A stretch of 64,000 nucleotides of DNA from the NCBI GenBank assembly GCA_051362555.1, contig CM120640.1, positions 69,356,788-69,420,787 of the forward strand, written 5' to 3'. A program made the position numbers and the translations under genes. Position 1 is the stretch's first letter, and each line of letters opens with the position of its first letter. Below, in pieces: positions 48,197 through 63,249 of this stretch. The notes below the pieces were generated by a model. It was not told where the DNA came from. It did not search any database and saw only the letters and a program-made list of their open reading frames with translations. The DNA comes from Lingula anatina (taxonomy: Eukaryota > Animalia > Brachiopoda).

Positions 48197-49229
48197 TAAG
48201 AAAATACTACATTAACAATAGAGACTGTAATTTAAGCAAAGTAGCGACAAGCATGTTCAAAAAGGCTCAGTATGCTATTGAAAAGAACCTTACAGTAAAC
48301 CATTTCCCATTTGGTCTGTGTCCCATGGCCCATGTTTAGTAAATTTTCATGTGTAAGATTGCATTGCAAAAATTCAAACTGTTGCTCTAATTTTGGTCTT
48401 GTTCCACTTCTTTTTATACTTTGACTGACATTGTATTCTGAGGTGCTGAATTTTTGTATGATGATATATATTATGAGCCATATCAGAGATTGATATATTT
48501 GTTTTTTAATCCCATGAAAGAGTAAAGGAACTGAAATAAATGGAAGAAAAAATGTCCTTATTTTCAATAATTTTAATTGTACGTCAAAAGGCAGATAAAA
48601 CCTCTAACAAGAAACCATGACCAGCAATATAAGCTGCACATTTACAAAGAATTTTACAGCAAGAAGAATTATACATGTAAAGAAAAAAGACCATGCTAGC
48701 ATTAAAACATAAAACTGAGACACTTTTTTCAGTGATTAAAATTCTGTGTGGCAGGTATGGGTATACCTAAAGGTAGAAAACTGTGATATCAGCTATTTAC
48801 ATGAAATGTCAGAACTTAATGATGAGCACAAAATATAATGTGATGTGATTATAAATAAAATAATGAGATATAGCATATTGTGACAAGAACAAATAAGACG
48901 ATAAAAAATTTTTGATCAATTAAAAATAAATTAATAGAAATATAGTGCCAATTCAACAAGAACTTACAACAACAAAATTGAGAACAAATTTAAAAGTGTT
49001 GTAATTTTAGCTATCAGATGTACATTGACTATAATGTGCTGGTACATGTAAATTTGAGCAGTGCATTTGTGCAGGAGGGGATTTCTTGTGATACTACCCT
49101 TGTTTGTTCTCCACAGATTGTCTTGTATTACAACATTGATATGTACAAATACCGGTGGAAAGCTGCTGGCAGCTTACAATGTTACACAGGCTTAAGCCCA
49201 AAGAGACAGGTTGTTCTACAATATACCTA

Positions 49230-49273
<44 letters not shown>

Positions 49274-50533
49274 CTTGGGACAATTCTTCATTTTAAATTA
49301 ATGTTACAAATATGCACACATGCTGAATGGTAACATAAAATTATCCACTGTAAAAAATCATAAATATACACAGAAGCTAGCAAACAGGTTATTTACGCTT
49401 TACAAAATATTATAATGGCTCTTATATGCAAAGTAATGAGACAAATTTTTGAAATAATAAATAATGCCCTCCAAGTAAAGATACACTAAGTCCCTGTGAA
49501 AAGTGAATTAAAGTAAAAGTAACACTGTCACCTTAACAAATGACCCACAATGCAAATACAACAATACATGTACAAAACTGGAACCACAGATTAAAAAAAG
49601 CACAAAGAATATCCTGCCAATATTATTCCAGAACTAGCAGCATAAAAATATTTTAATTATGGTAATATATATCAATAAAATAATTTTCTTTAATGACATA
49701 GGTTCATGTTCTTAAGGGTTTTGGTTTGGTTACAAATGTGAGTAGAGTTTCAACATGCTTCTCACCTTTCATGTTATATATCTCTGGGTCAAGAGTATGG
49801 TTGGCATAGATTTTGCTGTGATTTGCTTTTTCAAAGGATAACTTATGAAGGTGAAGGTCTGCCTCACATCTTAAAATCACTTGTTATATATTTACGCCTA
49901 CTCTTTCTACAGCTGACTACAGAAACCAAAAATGTCCACAAAACTCCTCTTGTTACCCTTCAAAACAGTACAAACATTGGTGCAGTGATATCTTGCCTTG
50001 TCACTGTCGTACTTTTGTTTTACATCTATATACACTGTTACAATTATTGTATTTTAAGTAGTAAAGTACATGCACCTATTTATATTAATGGTTAGCAACA
50101 CGTGGAAAAAAATGCTTCGTTTTTAGCCTATCATAATATGTTTAAAGCATGGCTTTTGATTACCTTACAATGTACCAGTTATGAGTAGTTCAAACATGGA
50201 AATTACATCATTTATAATAACTTAAAAAACTTCTTAAAAATGATCAAAAAAAGTTTTTTTAAATGATTAAAAAAATAAATAATAATTGTTATTTTCCACT
50301 GTTTAAGCCCACTCATCAAATATTCACTGCTTATATCACATGTAATTCACTTATGAATATTAGTTTGTATTATGTTGTGTAAGTGTTCCAGATCTCTCCA
50401 TCCCCCACAGTAAGTACCTTCAAGTCCGTGACAAAAAAAATTAACAATGATCTTCGTGTATTACTAAAATCTACATTTCCTCTTCACTAAACACGTCAGA
50501 GTGCAGTCCCAGTGAAGCATCGATCCCCGCTGT

Positions 50534-53500
50534 TCAACCATGAAACTCAAAATGTTTGTATATGCTGGCCACGTACGCCATCACCTGCATCCAGTCTGGA
50601 CGCTCTGTGGCTGCCATCTCGCTGATACTCTGGAGAGAGAAAATGGCGGCTTAGGAGAATAAATGCCGTACCCTAACATTTTTACTATCCATGATGTTTT
50701 TTAGAAAGCAAAAAAATTACACTAACAGCATTACTTTACCAAAGCCTTCTCCAACTATATTTTAAATATAAAATGTATCACATAAAAAAATACACACACA
50801 CACAGGTCTCTACAAAAACATGGAGTCTCTGTTGTCCACAAACTTACCAGAGTCGATGGAATTCCAACCTTCTCTGCAGCTTTGAAAGCTAATGTGAAAT
50901 TTCTCCTCTGTAAAATAAAGAATTACATAACATAATTTGGTGAACTGCTACGTACACAACAGCAGACTCAAAAATGTGAGCTTTATCCACAAATTAAAAC
51001 CAACTCGTAACAAATATAGCTGAAAAGTGAGAGATGGTCCATAATAAATGATAACAATTTTATTTCAAGAGCAATTTGTTTATTATCGGGTACTGTGATT
51101 AAAATATTTATCAAAACATGATTGATTCTTCTGTTCTGTACCTTATCATGGCTGTTGAGTTCATTGTATGGTATTTTATCTGGCATGTAGGAATGGAGGA
51201 GAGCACAGAAAGCCAGCCCATCATTCCAGCTACTGCTGAAGTTGGTGATATCAATACCCTGGAACAACAGCAAATTTTAGATACTAAACTTGTTTAATAT
51301 AAAATATATTTAATTAGCATTAAGTTTTTTTTCTTTTCTTTTTAAATAAGACTTTTTTTGTAAAGTAACTGCACCCATACTTACCCTATGTGCCAAAGTT
51401 TTTTGTTGGCACCATTTGAGGAGGGCATTCCTCTTGGATCCGCCCATCTGTTTGGCCAGTGCAGCCAGGGGGTCACGCACCTCGGGACTCCTGAAAGAAA
51501 ACGGACAAAAAAAGGTTCAATGACCAGTCAGACGGCACACTCTAGGGTACAAACAGGTGAAACAATTCATGTCTGTCATTTTTTTGTGGGCCACTGTCAT
51601 TTCAGTACAGCAGCCGGGGGGGGGGTTCCAACGAACTGCAGTTTTGGAAGGAAAGGGTACGCTCTGGGTAAAATTTGATCTAGATTATATATAAGGTTTC
51701 ATGATACCCCACCCTACTTTTTAAAATTGTTAGTTATGGGCCAACATTATTAGATGTATTTCTATGTTTAAGCCTAGTATGATACACTTAAGTACATGTA
51801 TGAAATTTGCATTTCTAGTCCTTTTTTTTTTTTTTTTGTTAAAGTGACTGTGAATACCACAGTAGTCCAAATATGTGAAGTCCACATATGTGAAGATCCT
51901 GTGCATGAACACATCATTGTCTGCATTGGGAGAGTAAGCGTACATTATTTTAAGCCATATATTCACAAACACACACAGGAACAAATTCTTGATTTTTTTC
52001 CCCCCATATTTCTCTCTGCATTATGTTCACCATAACATTCACATGGGTGCAGGCACTGGAGCTGTGCCATGGTGTGTACAGCAGTGTGGCTGAAGGGTTA
52101 GAGACTGACAAATTGCAGAGGTCAACAACTTCACCACAAGATGTCAGTAATCTTCAAGAGCCATCCATTCCTTTCACACTCCAGCTCCAAGCATATCCTC
52201 AGCCTTGACTGGAGTTACAGGAAGGAAGTGCTGGGAAATGACCATGCACTGCCAGAGAGTTGAGGGTCATATTTTTTTTATTCAAGAAAACACTGGCATG
52301 GTGAGAAGTTAACTCTTTTCTTAGTATGATTTCAATAAAGTTAATTGACTAAAGGAGATGGCAAGTAGCAATGCCATTTTTTATCTTAAATTTGTTAAAA
52401 ATGAGGAGTTGTAAGTTTCAACCAAATGCAGAGGCATCAGACTAGACCCTCACTTCTACTATTTTGCCCTCCACTATGAAAAAAAAAAAAAAAATGTCAG
52501 TTTCTGCCATTCACAGGAAAAAAATTATCAATGACAGCATGTTGCTGATCATGGGAGATTTACTCTTCTTCCTATTTAAGCATTGTTGCTGAGCACAAGC
52601 ATGGAATGTCAATTAAGGACCGCGTTGTTGTTCAGGTGGACATATTGGTTCACTGTGTCGCTGAAGGTCTCCAAGGGTCGTGGGGTGCACCGATGCCCAA
52701 AGAGGAAATTGCCATCTACCAAAGTTTCATGCCAAAACTCAGTCTGTGAGAAAGTTTCTATTCAAAAATACTGAATGGAACTTATAAGCCTCACTTGATA
52801 CTTCAGTGCACAATTTTCATAACATTTTCATGTACATCTTTCATCTTCATGGGGCGCCTGTATTTAAGTGGAGGTATGTTTTCTGTTTGGATGGAATCAA
52901 AATAAAAAAAGGGCAGCATCTTCAGTTCTCAAGCCACTTCTCACAATTCTATCATACCTTTAGGGACACAGCTTACAATGCTCAAAGGGACAAGAGGGCT
53001 TTGCCTTTATACGCATTCTCTGCAGCGTGTGAATGAAATAAGGATTATTTTGTGAAATAGTCATAACTTGGTATATAAATGGACTTGAAGTGCTAGCATA
53101 AGCCAGAATAAATGAACATTTCTCAGGTCTTCCATCAGCATTTACCAGCCCCATCCAGTCACATATATATGATATTAATGTTGTTTGATTAATATAAAGC
53201 AATACTTGCTTTACACAAACTGTTTGCAATCTAACTGGTAGAACGTCTTTCTTTATATAATGGAGTAACAGATATATGAAATTTCATGCAGTATCCATTA
53301 TCCATATAAGACCAAACTGTACAATAACTTTTTTTCCAATCATATAGTGATATTTCAATATGAAGGAATATTTGATTGCTTTTGTGATTATTTTCCAAAT
53401 TACAAAAGTTGACGCCACGTTGACAGTTCATACAATGAATTTATTCTGTTCCTTTGAGTGCCAAAATACAAAGCTATGTAGCCAATCTAACTGTCATTTC

Positions 53501-56500
53501 TGTTTACTAGCACTACAGGCAAAAAAGCCAATTTGGACGAAAAAAAAAAAAAACCTTTAAAAAACACTTAAATGATTAATCCCCTGACTGCTGTGCTACC
53601 CCCTGGAGACCGTTAATGTAGCAGTCCACGTGCAACATGAATTAGACTTATTTGAAATGAGTGTTACTTATAGCTACCAGCTGCAGTAAACAGATTGTAC
53701 CAGTTTAATGGTCCGTTTGCCTTACTTTTAAACTTACTTGGGTCAATCTTGGAAACCCAAATGCTATATCTATAGCATCTGTAGGCACGATATTATGAGG
53801 ACACATTCCAAATGTTGAATTTTCTTTAGAATATCTCAACACAATAAAACTGATTGTTATCAAATAAGATCTTGATGAGAATAATGAGAAACAAGACTGA
53901 TAAAAGGGGTAAATTTTTAAATACCAATAAAACTTGAAAGGAAAAAAGGAAACATTGTTATATTTAACTTGGTAGAGAAAAAAAAAATTCATCAGGTAAT
54001 AAGATACTCACCCAGCTATACTGTTTTTTCTTGGTGTTGTTGTCAATATGGAGGTTATCGCTGGACTTCTCTTTGGTGTTTCTCCCTCACTCCTGGCTGT
54101 AGGAGCAGCCAGAGAGGGCGAAGATTTGGCATCGTCAGTTTGCTGTTGTGAGCTCTCATAGATCAGCGAGGTCACGGAATGTCTTTGGAGGCGCACATCT
54201 TTGGCGGAATCAGGAGTCTTTTTAAATACAGTTTTATGTGAAAAAGGAGTGTCCACAGCTACACTTGCTCTTCGTAAGTCACCTGTTGGGGACTTGATTG
54301 TCTCTGATTTAGGACTTGTTGCCCCCATGTTGGCAGGGCTACAGGGACCCAGACTGTCCATAGAGCCCCTCCTGGAGCTGTTCTGACTAGATGACTTGGA
54401 AGATGTCTTCACTTGATCTTCAATAGATCGGATTAAATTTTTCACAGATTGCGACTGGTTTCCACCTCTTGCGTCACTTGGCTTTCGTCCTTGACGCAAA
54501 AGAATCAGCTCACGATCAGCAGAACTCAGGATGCGTGTTTTCAGCTCATTGGAAGAAATCACACCTGGAGATCTGTTTTCTATTGTTCTTTGGGTTTTTA
54601 GTCTGTCGGCTTCCTCACGATATCTCTCAAAATCATTCTGCAGCTTTTTTATCTACAAAACAAAAACATATGATTCTTCTGTTACACACACGTTTTAGCA
54701 GTACATAACAGCTTGATAGAACCCACACAGAAATCATGTCATCATTTTCAATTTTAAAATAAATACTGTAACTAAAGAGCTAATGAGTAAAATTTTCAAG
54801 ATATTGAAATATTTCCAATGTAATAATAATTAAGGCCATATTGACTTTATTTGATGCTGAGTCTTCATTATGATAGATCAATGATAAAAAGTAATTTTCA
54901 GAGTCTTCTTCCCTCTTTGATGATTTAAGTTTGGTGAAAATCCAAACACTCTATATCTTGAAACCATACCCTGGCCTAGCATGCCACCCTACCTGATCCC
55001 TGAGAACATCATTCTCAGTCCTCATCTTCTCTCCATCTTCCTGCGCCTCTGTCTTGATATCGTTTGCAATGACCACTGCCGTCTGGAGGTCCTGCTGGAA
55101 CTGCTTCCAGTCTTCTATCTCCTGCTCGTGTTGGTGCTGCATCTCCTCGATCTCCTTCTGGAGCTCCACGCAGCGTAGGCGCGACTCACGCAGGTCCTGC
55201 TGCAGGTCACTCAGCGTGGCGTTGTAGGATTTCTTGGACTCCAGGTAGCGGTCACAGTCCTGAGAGAGCTGGTCAATGTGGTCGCGCAGGGTGTCAGCCT
55301 CCTGGCGCAGCTCCATCTTCTCGGTGGTCACCTTCTGGATCTGTGTCTCCAGCTCATCCACGCGCTTTGTCTGGTTTGCTTTCACCACTTTGTACTCCTC
55401 CTCCAAAGTGGTCAGAGTCTCCTTCAGTTTGCTGACCTATGGAAAAAAATGGAAATTAGAACAATGTTAAGTTATCTCTTAAATAACTAGAAAAGCTGCA
55501 TAAGCAAGACTGGTATAAATAGCTATTATCTGTAACTGCACGGGATGACTGTGCAACTGATATTTAGAGAAAAGAGCATCCAATATATAATAACAATAAT
55601 AATATAAAAAAATGTAAAAACTGTACAAAAAAATACTGTAACATGATTATCTGCTTACATAAAGCTGTTTACTCTATGGGTTGAAGGACTCCAAGCTGTT
55701 ACACTGACATTTACTTTAATATCAAATACCACCTAAACAAACAATTACAAGAAGTGAAATGCACTTGACAAAAGGAAGAAAGGTTGAAACAGCAATCTTC
55801 CCTCCCCACGATTGCACTGTGCATGCTGGGATTGGGGCCCTTTTCACATTGAATGGTATACTGAACTGGACCAGTCCACTTTGAGAGGCTCTAACAAGTA
55901 ATTTCCTTACAGGGGATTTAACTCTCTTTTACAACTTCAAAAGTTTGCTTCCTGCTAGAGTGTTAAGTTAATGGTTTGGCCATGTTGAGTAATATTAGGC
56001 AACTCTTAAATAATCATCAGTTGTCAATGTGTGATCTGAGATGTACCTTACAGGTAGCGAGGGACTCCAATGACATTTATTATCATGTCTTTTCAAAACT
56101 AAATGAAAATAAGAAAAGCCTCACATTATTGGAGCACTAGAGACATTCCCTTTGAATATACATGAACACAAGCATTCATATACAGGTAAGTTTCGGGAAT
56201 AATAATTTAGCCACTTAAAAAAAAATCCCTTTCCCTTAGACAAAGAAAAAATATAACAAAACAGACATTTATTTCATACCTTGGTATTTTCTACCCAATC
56301 ATTCATACATGGCATTCTGTGAGGATAAACAACCCAGCAGGTGATTGCAGTTATCTACATAAAAAAGCACTGCAATTCTCAGCTTGCAGCACATTGGGTT
56401 GTAAACACACCTTTAGATGAACGTGCACAGGTAAAAGGAGAAGTGGTGGACTTCAGGTGTGTATATTTAGCTTGGTTTATAAAGCACATATTGCTTTCCC

Positions 56501-59500
56501 TGTGATTCACTTACGATAGGGTCAACTGAAACCAGAGGTAAGCTGAAACTGGGGTATACAAGTGCAGTCACTGTTGCCATTCCAAATTTGCCATGATCTG
56601 AGTCAGTGGTATACATGTATATCCACACTCACTCAGTACACAGTGATTAATGTGGCTGGTATGGGGGGTAGTGCCTTTAGCAGCAACTAGCAAGCTCATC
56701 TCATATATCAGTAAACATACTGGTGAATTCTAAACTTGCCTTTTTTTCTTTCACGATATTAATTCATAAAGGGTTGTTTCTGTAATAACCATGCCTCTCT
56801 CTATCTCTCTTGCCCTCCCTCCCTCTCTCTGCCTGTCTCTCCACCCCTTCCTCCTCCTCCCCTCTCTCTCCCTCCCTCCCTCTCTCTCCACCAGTTAAGT
56901 ACATACCTCACACTGACTGTGTGCCAATGTGTCCTGCACCTCAGCTAGTTCAGTCTCAGCTTTATCCTTTTCCTGTCTCAGTTTCTGCAGAAGGGTCTCC
57001 AGCTCAGACTTGTCTTCTACATTCCTGCTGCTTTCCAAGTCCACTAACTTAGCTTTCTCATGCTCTACCAGGGCCTTGAGGCGATTGATTTCAAGCTGAT
57101 CGTTCTCAATCCTTTCTTTCTGCTCCAGGACCTGTTTCTCAATCTCCTGCTTATCTGCCTGGAGGCTCTCTATTTTGTCCTCAGATATGTGAATTTTGTC
57201 GCGTAGCGCTTTAATGATGTCTTCCATTTCCCTGTTCTCTCCTTCCACTGCGTGGAAACTGTTAATTAGCTCCGTCTGTTTGAGCATCATTTCCTCGCGC
57301 TCCTCCTGCGCACCCTTGAGGAGCGAGACCAACTGTACCTCACGCTCAGAGCGATCACCATTATCGATATCAGTCAACAGCAGTGCTTTCAAATGTTCAA
57401 TCTGAATGCGACAGTTCTCTAACTTTTCAGTTTGGGTGCACAGAGACTCCAGCAGCACCGCTTTCTCGTCTGCCAGCCGTTCATTCTCCATGGACAGTTC
57501 GTTGACAGCCTCCTGCATGTCTCCAAACTCCTGCAGCGTGGCCTGCAGTTCCTCATTGGTGCTGTAATGGGACTCCTCCATCTGGAGAATCCTGTCTTGA
57601 AGACAAGCCACGGAGAGCTCACTCAAGACATCGCTGCTCTTATTACTCTTGGTCTCCCAGTTAGCATTCTCAGCTATGGAGAAGCAGGAGCCGTGGTCTG
57701 GAGTAACACAGGAAAGCTCACCCACAGACAGCCCCGTGTCTGATTCACCTGCACAGGAACCAGCAATGTTATCTATGCTGCCTGTGCAGCACACGGCACT
57801 GTTGCCTAACTGAGGCTTGTCTTCTGAGGCACTGCTACCTGCAGGGCCCTCCTCATGCCCAGCTGAGCTAGACTCAGTTCTATTTGTGGCACTGGTAGCA
57901 GGAGTTGAGCCCACAGTCAGGTGTTTCTGGACGTGATGGGATTTCTTCAGCATGGACAGTTTCTCCGTGTCCGTGATCTGTTCCACAGATATTCCAAGCT
58001 CTTGCAATCTGTCTTTGAGAAGTCTGTTCTCATTGCGTAATAAATCAAGTTCCTCTTTAACCTCTTGTGAGGGAAGCTTTTCCTTCAGTCTTCTTGTTTC
58101 TATTTTGTATTTTTCAATTTCTGCTTTTCTAGTTTCTGTAATCTGGATAAGCTCTGAAATTCTACTTTCCAATATGCGTTTCTCTTTCTCAAAGTTTGCT
58201 AAGAGTTCTGCATTATAAGCCAGCACATTTGCTGGGGCAGAGACACGGTTATTTCTCCCCATTCTTTCTTTGCTTAAAGTCTGGGAGCTTGCTGCCCGTT
58301 TAATAACAACAGGAGTCTTGTCAATATTCTGAATGCTAGAACTTTTCTTCATCAGTCCTCCATTTTTGGCCTCCATGTTTTTAGTTGGTGTCGACAAACC
58401 AGTGCGTTCTATACTTTGTGTACTAACTGCTTTACGCAAAGATGTCGTACTACCACTTGTAGGACGTGATTTTTGTATGCGTGTCGTAGGAGCAGGACTT
58501 TTATTTGTATCCTTGTTCATATAGAATCTTTTGCTATAGTCCTCTGGCTTTGGTATCCCTAGCGTAGATTGGGGTCGTGGTTTTGGTGCTGTATTAGCAC
58601 GTCGTCGTAAAGTAAATGCAAGATTGTCATGACTCTTACTAAGATAGTTCTTGCTCATAGGCGGCTTGTCTGGTTTCTTGAAGACAGCTGTGGCTGCAAG
58701 GTCAGATTTGGATTTTTCAAAAGGCAACTTGCTCGATGACGGTGATTTGCCCTGAACAGGGATTTTGGTGGAGCCTTGTTGTGTCTTCTTCATTGCAGGC
58801 CTGGGGACAGGGAGCACACTTGCTTTCTGGCTGTAAAGAGGCTGAAATTATGATTTGAAAATGGTCAGTTTAATTTCATCTTATAGAATAAAATGTAAGA
58901 AGATGTAATACATTATAAAATTTATAAAACAATGCTTAACTCAGTTATCAAACATTTTGATTGTTAAACATCAACATATAACCTGCCTAAACTCTGCATA
59001 ATTGTCATATAACATCAAAAACCACTAAGGACCTGTTTTCACAATATGTCATACAGTTTAAGGAAATGACAAATTTCTTGTTTAACTAGACACCCAGGGT
59101 GGGTTCTAATTGACACAAACAAAATCCATTTGGTATTCTATTGTATTTTACAGTTGAAAAGACATCCTGTTCCTTTTTTTGTTCTATAAAAAAGTGACTC
59201 AGACATACATTTCTGAAACAAAATACAATATTTTCCCAAAACCAATCCCAGAAGACATTGTAAATATGTTAATCTTAATTGTAAAAAACACGATTCCACA
59301 TATCATAATTTAATTTTTTTTTTGTGCACAGTTTAATTAAAATATGTAACTTAGACATGAGTATCTATAACTTATTCTTATACCCCTAATGTCTCAATAT
59401 TTTTCAGAGTCAAGACAACCCTTCAAAATATCCTACCAGACATATCTACCCTGGACAGCTCCATACCCAGTGCTGCTATATATTCCTATACATGTAGTAA

Positions 59501-62500
59501 ACACATTCAGTTTATTACCCTGCACTCTTAACTGCACTGGAAAATGATCAGCATCTCTCACGAGATCGCATGGAGTGTTTCGCAACAGCGAGCAGCCCAC
59601 ACTGTGCCTTTGTGATGAAGGCTATTCACTGGGAGCAATGATGCACACATTATTGAATCATTATCTTTTTTACAAGGGACAATTTCTTTTCTTCGGCTAC
59701 AATTCAGCTGTCATCTTTCCATCGGGTGGGCATTTGATTGATTTGAAATAACTCAAATGAGACATTTGCCTTGCCAAGCCCAGTGATACTGATATGTCTC
59801 ACATGCCAGATGTTTTATTTAATTTAGAAATAAAATCCTCCATGAGAAACGCTCCAAACACTCCCTATCTAACTACCCAAATTTGCTTACCTATTGCACT
59901 GCCTGCATAGCCTTATTGCATCACTGCCTATAGATCCTTGCTTGGCCAGTTTGTAATATAGGGAGAGATGGCACTGAATCACACAATTGTATGCCGAGGC
60001 CAATTTATACCAAGCTTTTGATCATATTTCCAATTTTTTTTTCAAATGACCAAAATATATTTATAAGCAGACGCATAAATTCAGTTTATTAATGGCTAAA
60101 GAGTAATTTAAAGACAAAAAACCCTCAATAAGTCAAAACCATATATATATACAATAACATGCCATTAAAAAGAAAAATAACTCTTTGTTATGGAAATCAA
60201 ATACAAGAAAGAGTATGAATGCCAGCCAAACTGTTTGCAATTTTTCAAGTCTAAGTATTTAGATTTTTTTTAAAGAATGACTTAATGATTATATTGTGAA
60301 AGTGCTTTGGTTCTCACTGTGCCCAATGCAGTGAAAAAAACATATGTTCAATTCATAGACAGACTTTTCCATTAAATCTTTCCAGCTTTCCATTAAAGAA
60401 ATAATATAATAAAACTTTTATTTAAGCTCCCCCATCATATCTGGCTATTAGAAGAAGCAACTATATATGTGCTGTGTTTAAGTGTTAGCTTACAGTTCCC
60501 AAAACAAAGCATCACTTTTCTCATGCAAACCTTTGCAACAACAAATATATTTTGACCCACTTTTTGTAGCTACCTGTGTGTTCCTTAGAAGTGTGTCTTG
60601 TTTTCCAATAAAATATTCCATGCCAGTTAAAGAATGAGTCTATTTTAAGTCTTCAAGTCTTCATGCTGTATGCTATAAATGATAGCAACTATATAATGGC
60701 CATGCATGAGCTCTACAATTATGATCTCTTACCCGAAGAGCATTGCAGGGATCACCAAGTCATAAAATTACCATGAAATCCCAGTATAAGACAGATTATA
60801 TCTGAAGCCATAATTAAAGCCTTAATGAGACACATTAGGATACACAAAAATGGCAGTCAGTATCAATCATTAACTGCATCTGTGTGGGAACACCAGCACA
60901 CACGCAAGCTTGGAAATATTACTTGAACAATATTGACAACTGGGAAACCATGCAACTGCATCTGCAAGAGTCATATTCAGTCAGTTATGATTTATCAGTA
61001 AAATGAAGAAAACTGTAAGAATGAAAAAAAAAAAAAAGAAAAAAATGACAACAAATGGAAATGACAATTACATGTTACATAATAAACCTGAACTTGAACA
61101 GTAAAGAAATCCCTGCTACTTTTTGCACAGCCACTGTACTCAAATTCTGCACTGGATGCCTAGTTATATTGGATACAGTAATATCACATAAATAGGGAAT
61201 TATAATTCACCTAATATTATCAAATAGGTCTGATGGGAGAACTAATATTTGCTTATAAGGATATCAATAAGAGATATTACATAATGCATTCACTGGCCAG
61301 AAGTCTATAGATTTGCCAGCTGCAGCTCCAATCAGTAGGAAGCAGCCATTACGTCATACCCAACCAAATTAGGTAGGGGAGAAAAGCCCTTATTTTCAAA
61401 AAATATGTATATATATATCTATATAGTTTTGAAACTTCATGTTTGACAGCTATCATCATGTATATGCAACATGTTTCTTTGAAGATGTATAAAATCCTGT
61501 ACCTTCAAATGAGGATCTGAGAAAAATATCTCCAAAGAAGGGGATACTTTGACTGCATAAATACAGCAAATATTTTCAGTTCCAGTCATATGCAAAATGC
61601 CAGCATGCATCCTTCACATAAACAGCTCCTTTTGTACATAATTTATATACAGACTAGCAAAGATCAATTATAAGCATGAACATAATATCTGTCTAGAAAT
61701 AAACCTAAAGGATGACTTAATGCCAAAAGTGCTTCAGACCTAAAAGATATCATTAAAAGAAAACACAGAGAAGAATTCTAATAATGCACCTCATACACTT
61801 CATTCCGTCGTAAAAAAAATAGAAACAGCTAAAATTTATTGTCATACAGCCATATCTCCCCATACAAAGCCCTGGTGTTAAGTCATACACCCAGTCACAG
61901 TTCACTAGATCAACAAGACTCACCTAAGGGTCCCCGATCCATTTCAGCACTGTTCCCATACACAAAATCTAATATATGCCTCTTCAAGAATGCACATCTG
62001 AGAGCAGTTCTGACAGCTGGGACTTAAAAACGTCTTAGCCAGCACTCTGTGCACTGACTAGGAAATGCACTCGCTAAACCACTGGCCATGCTTTCATATG
62101 GTAATGGTGGGGCTCAGCCCACAGCCGATGAAATAAACACAGTCTATTGGAGCAGGTATTGATTAGTGCCTCTAAATAAACAGACCCACATTATAGTGCC
62201 TTAGTCATATCTTGACAAGGGCACAACAGATTCAATAACATGGCATTTATTAACTGAACCCAGCTGAGAAGGATTTGCCCAAAGCGCCCTCTTTTTGACT
62301 GAAGTGAAACATCCTAAGGGGTGAAATACAATAGAAATTGATTATAAGAAAGAGATCAAAGGGATAATGGCTATAAAATATTGGCAAGGTGTGAGGAAAA
62401 TATTGCCAAGTTATGTCATGTAACGATATGCTTATTCTAATAAAAACACATTTATATTGTTCTAATGACTGTTTCTACTTATGACAGCCCCAGGTTGGCG

Positions 62501-63249
62501 GGGAATAATCAAAGGGATAGCAGGGCAAAGGAAGACAGATTAACAATCTTTCAGCTGGTTCAGGTAGCCTTAGAGACTGGCCAGGTAGTAATTAGTACCT
62601 GTAATCCTAATTCACCTGCATAACTCCCTGTGGTCACTCCATTAACACAGTCAAGACTGACCTTTACATGCATACACACTGTACATGGCCAAGATTTATA
62701 CTCAGGGTTTCCTGATCAACATTGTCTATCCTTGATAATGCCAGCTGGAAAAGTCAAGTAGTAGTTGGACAAGGGGGGGGGGGGGGGGGGGGGGGGGGGA
62801 GAAAAAAGGTAAAAATCATATTTGTGTTATTTATCTGGTTACTGCCATATGGACGTGCCACATATATTTTATTTATACCTGAAGCTCCTCAAATGAGTTC
62901 TAGTTGGGTCTAATACACTTCAATGGAAATGTACTTGTTTTAAGTTACCAAATACATTAATTAGTTATATCATGAACCTTTCCATTTTTTCTATTGCAAC
63001 AGATAACAGTTTGTCTCACCTGAACTACCGTATTCCTACTGATGAGCATTAGACAGCTTCATGTCTAAGGAACCAAGGAACCAAGTTAATGCATTAATTA
63101 CTGTAATAAGCTAGCCTTAAGTGCCACATAAATTTAGACAAGAAGCAACAAAACCATTCCTCTCCAATATATATATATATATATCACAGAAAAATAAAAG
63201 TAAAACAGACTACCTTAGCTTGCAGGGACTTCCTGACAGCAGTAGACAT
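50534..63249 (-). CDS. SPECC1L: Cytospin-A / SPECC1-like: coiled coil plus C-terminal calponin-homology domain, ~1144 aa
   Basis: Exons 63249-63214 (putative, [12 protein letters not shown]), 58841-56907, 55436-54993, 54652-54012, 51490-51385, 51258-51142, 50907-50848, 50629-50534 in frame. Motifs [98 protein letters not shown]. Translation could instead start at 58793 (MKK). Co-ortholog of vertebrate SPECC1 and SPECC1L. Confidence 0.92.
56795..56892. repeat. Polypyrimidine (CT/CCT) tract next to the donor of the 1.9-kb SPECC1L exon
   Basis: About 95 bp almost entirely C/T on the plus strand. Confidence 0.8.

Noticed and set aside
47328-50533. Adenosine receptor expected from vertebrate synteny
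   Set aside because: No GPCR-like ORF or motif seen; the interval is AT-rich UTR-like sequence plus a MITE.
53737-53778. Small cassette exon in a SPECC1L intron (strong GTAAGT donor)
   Set aside because: None of the three candidate acceptors gives a frame-preserving exon with the flanking phase-2 junctions.
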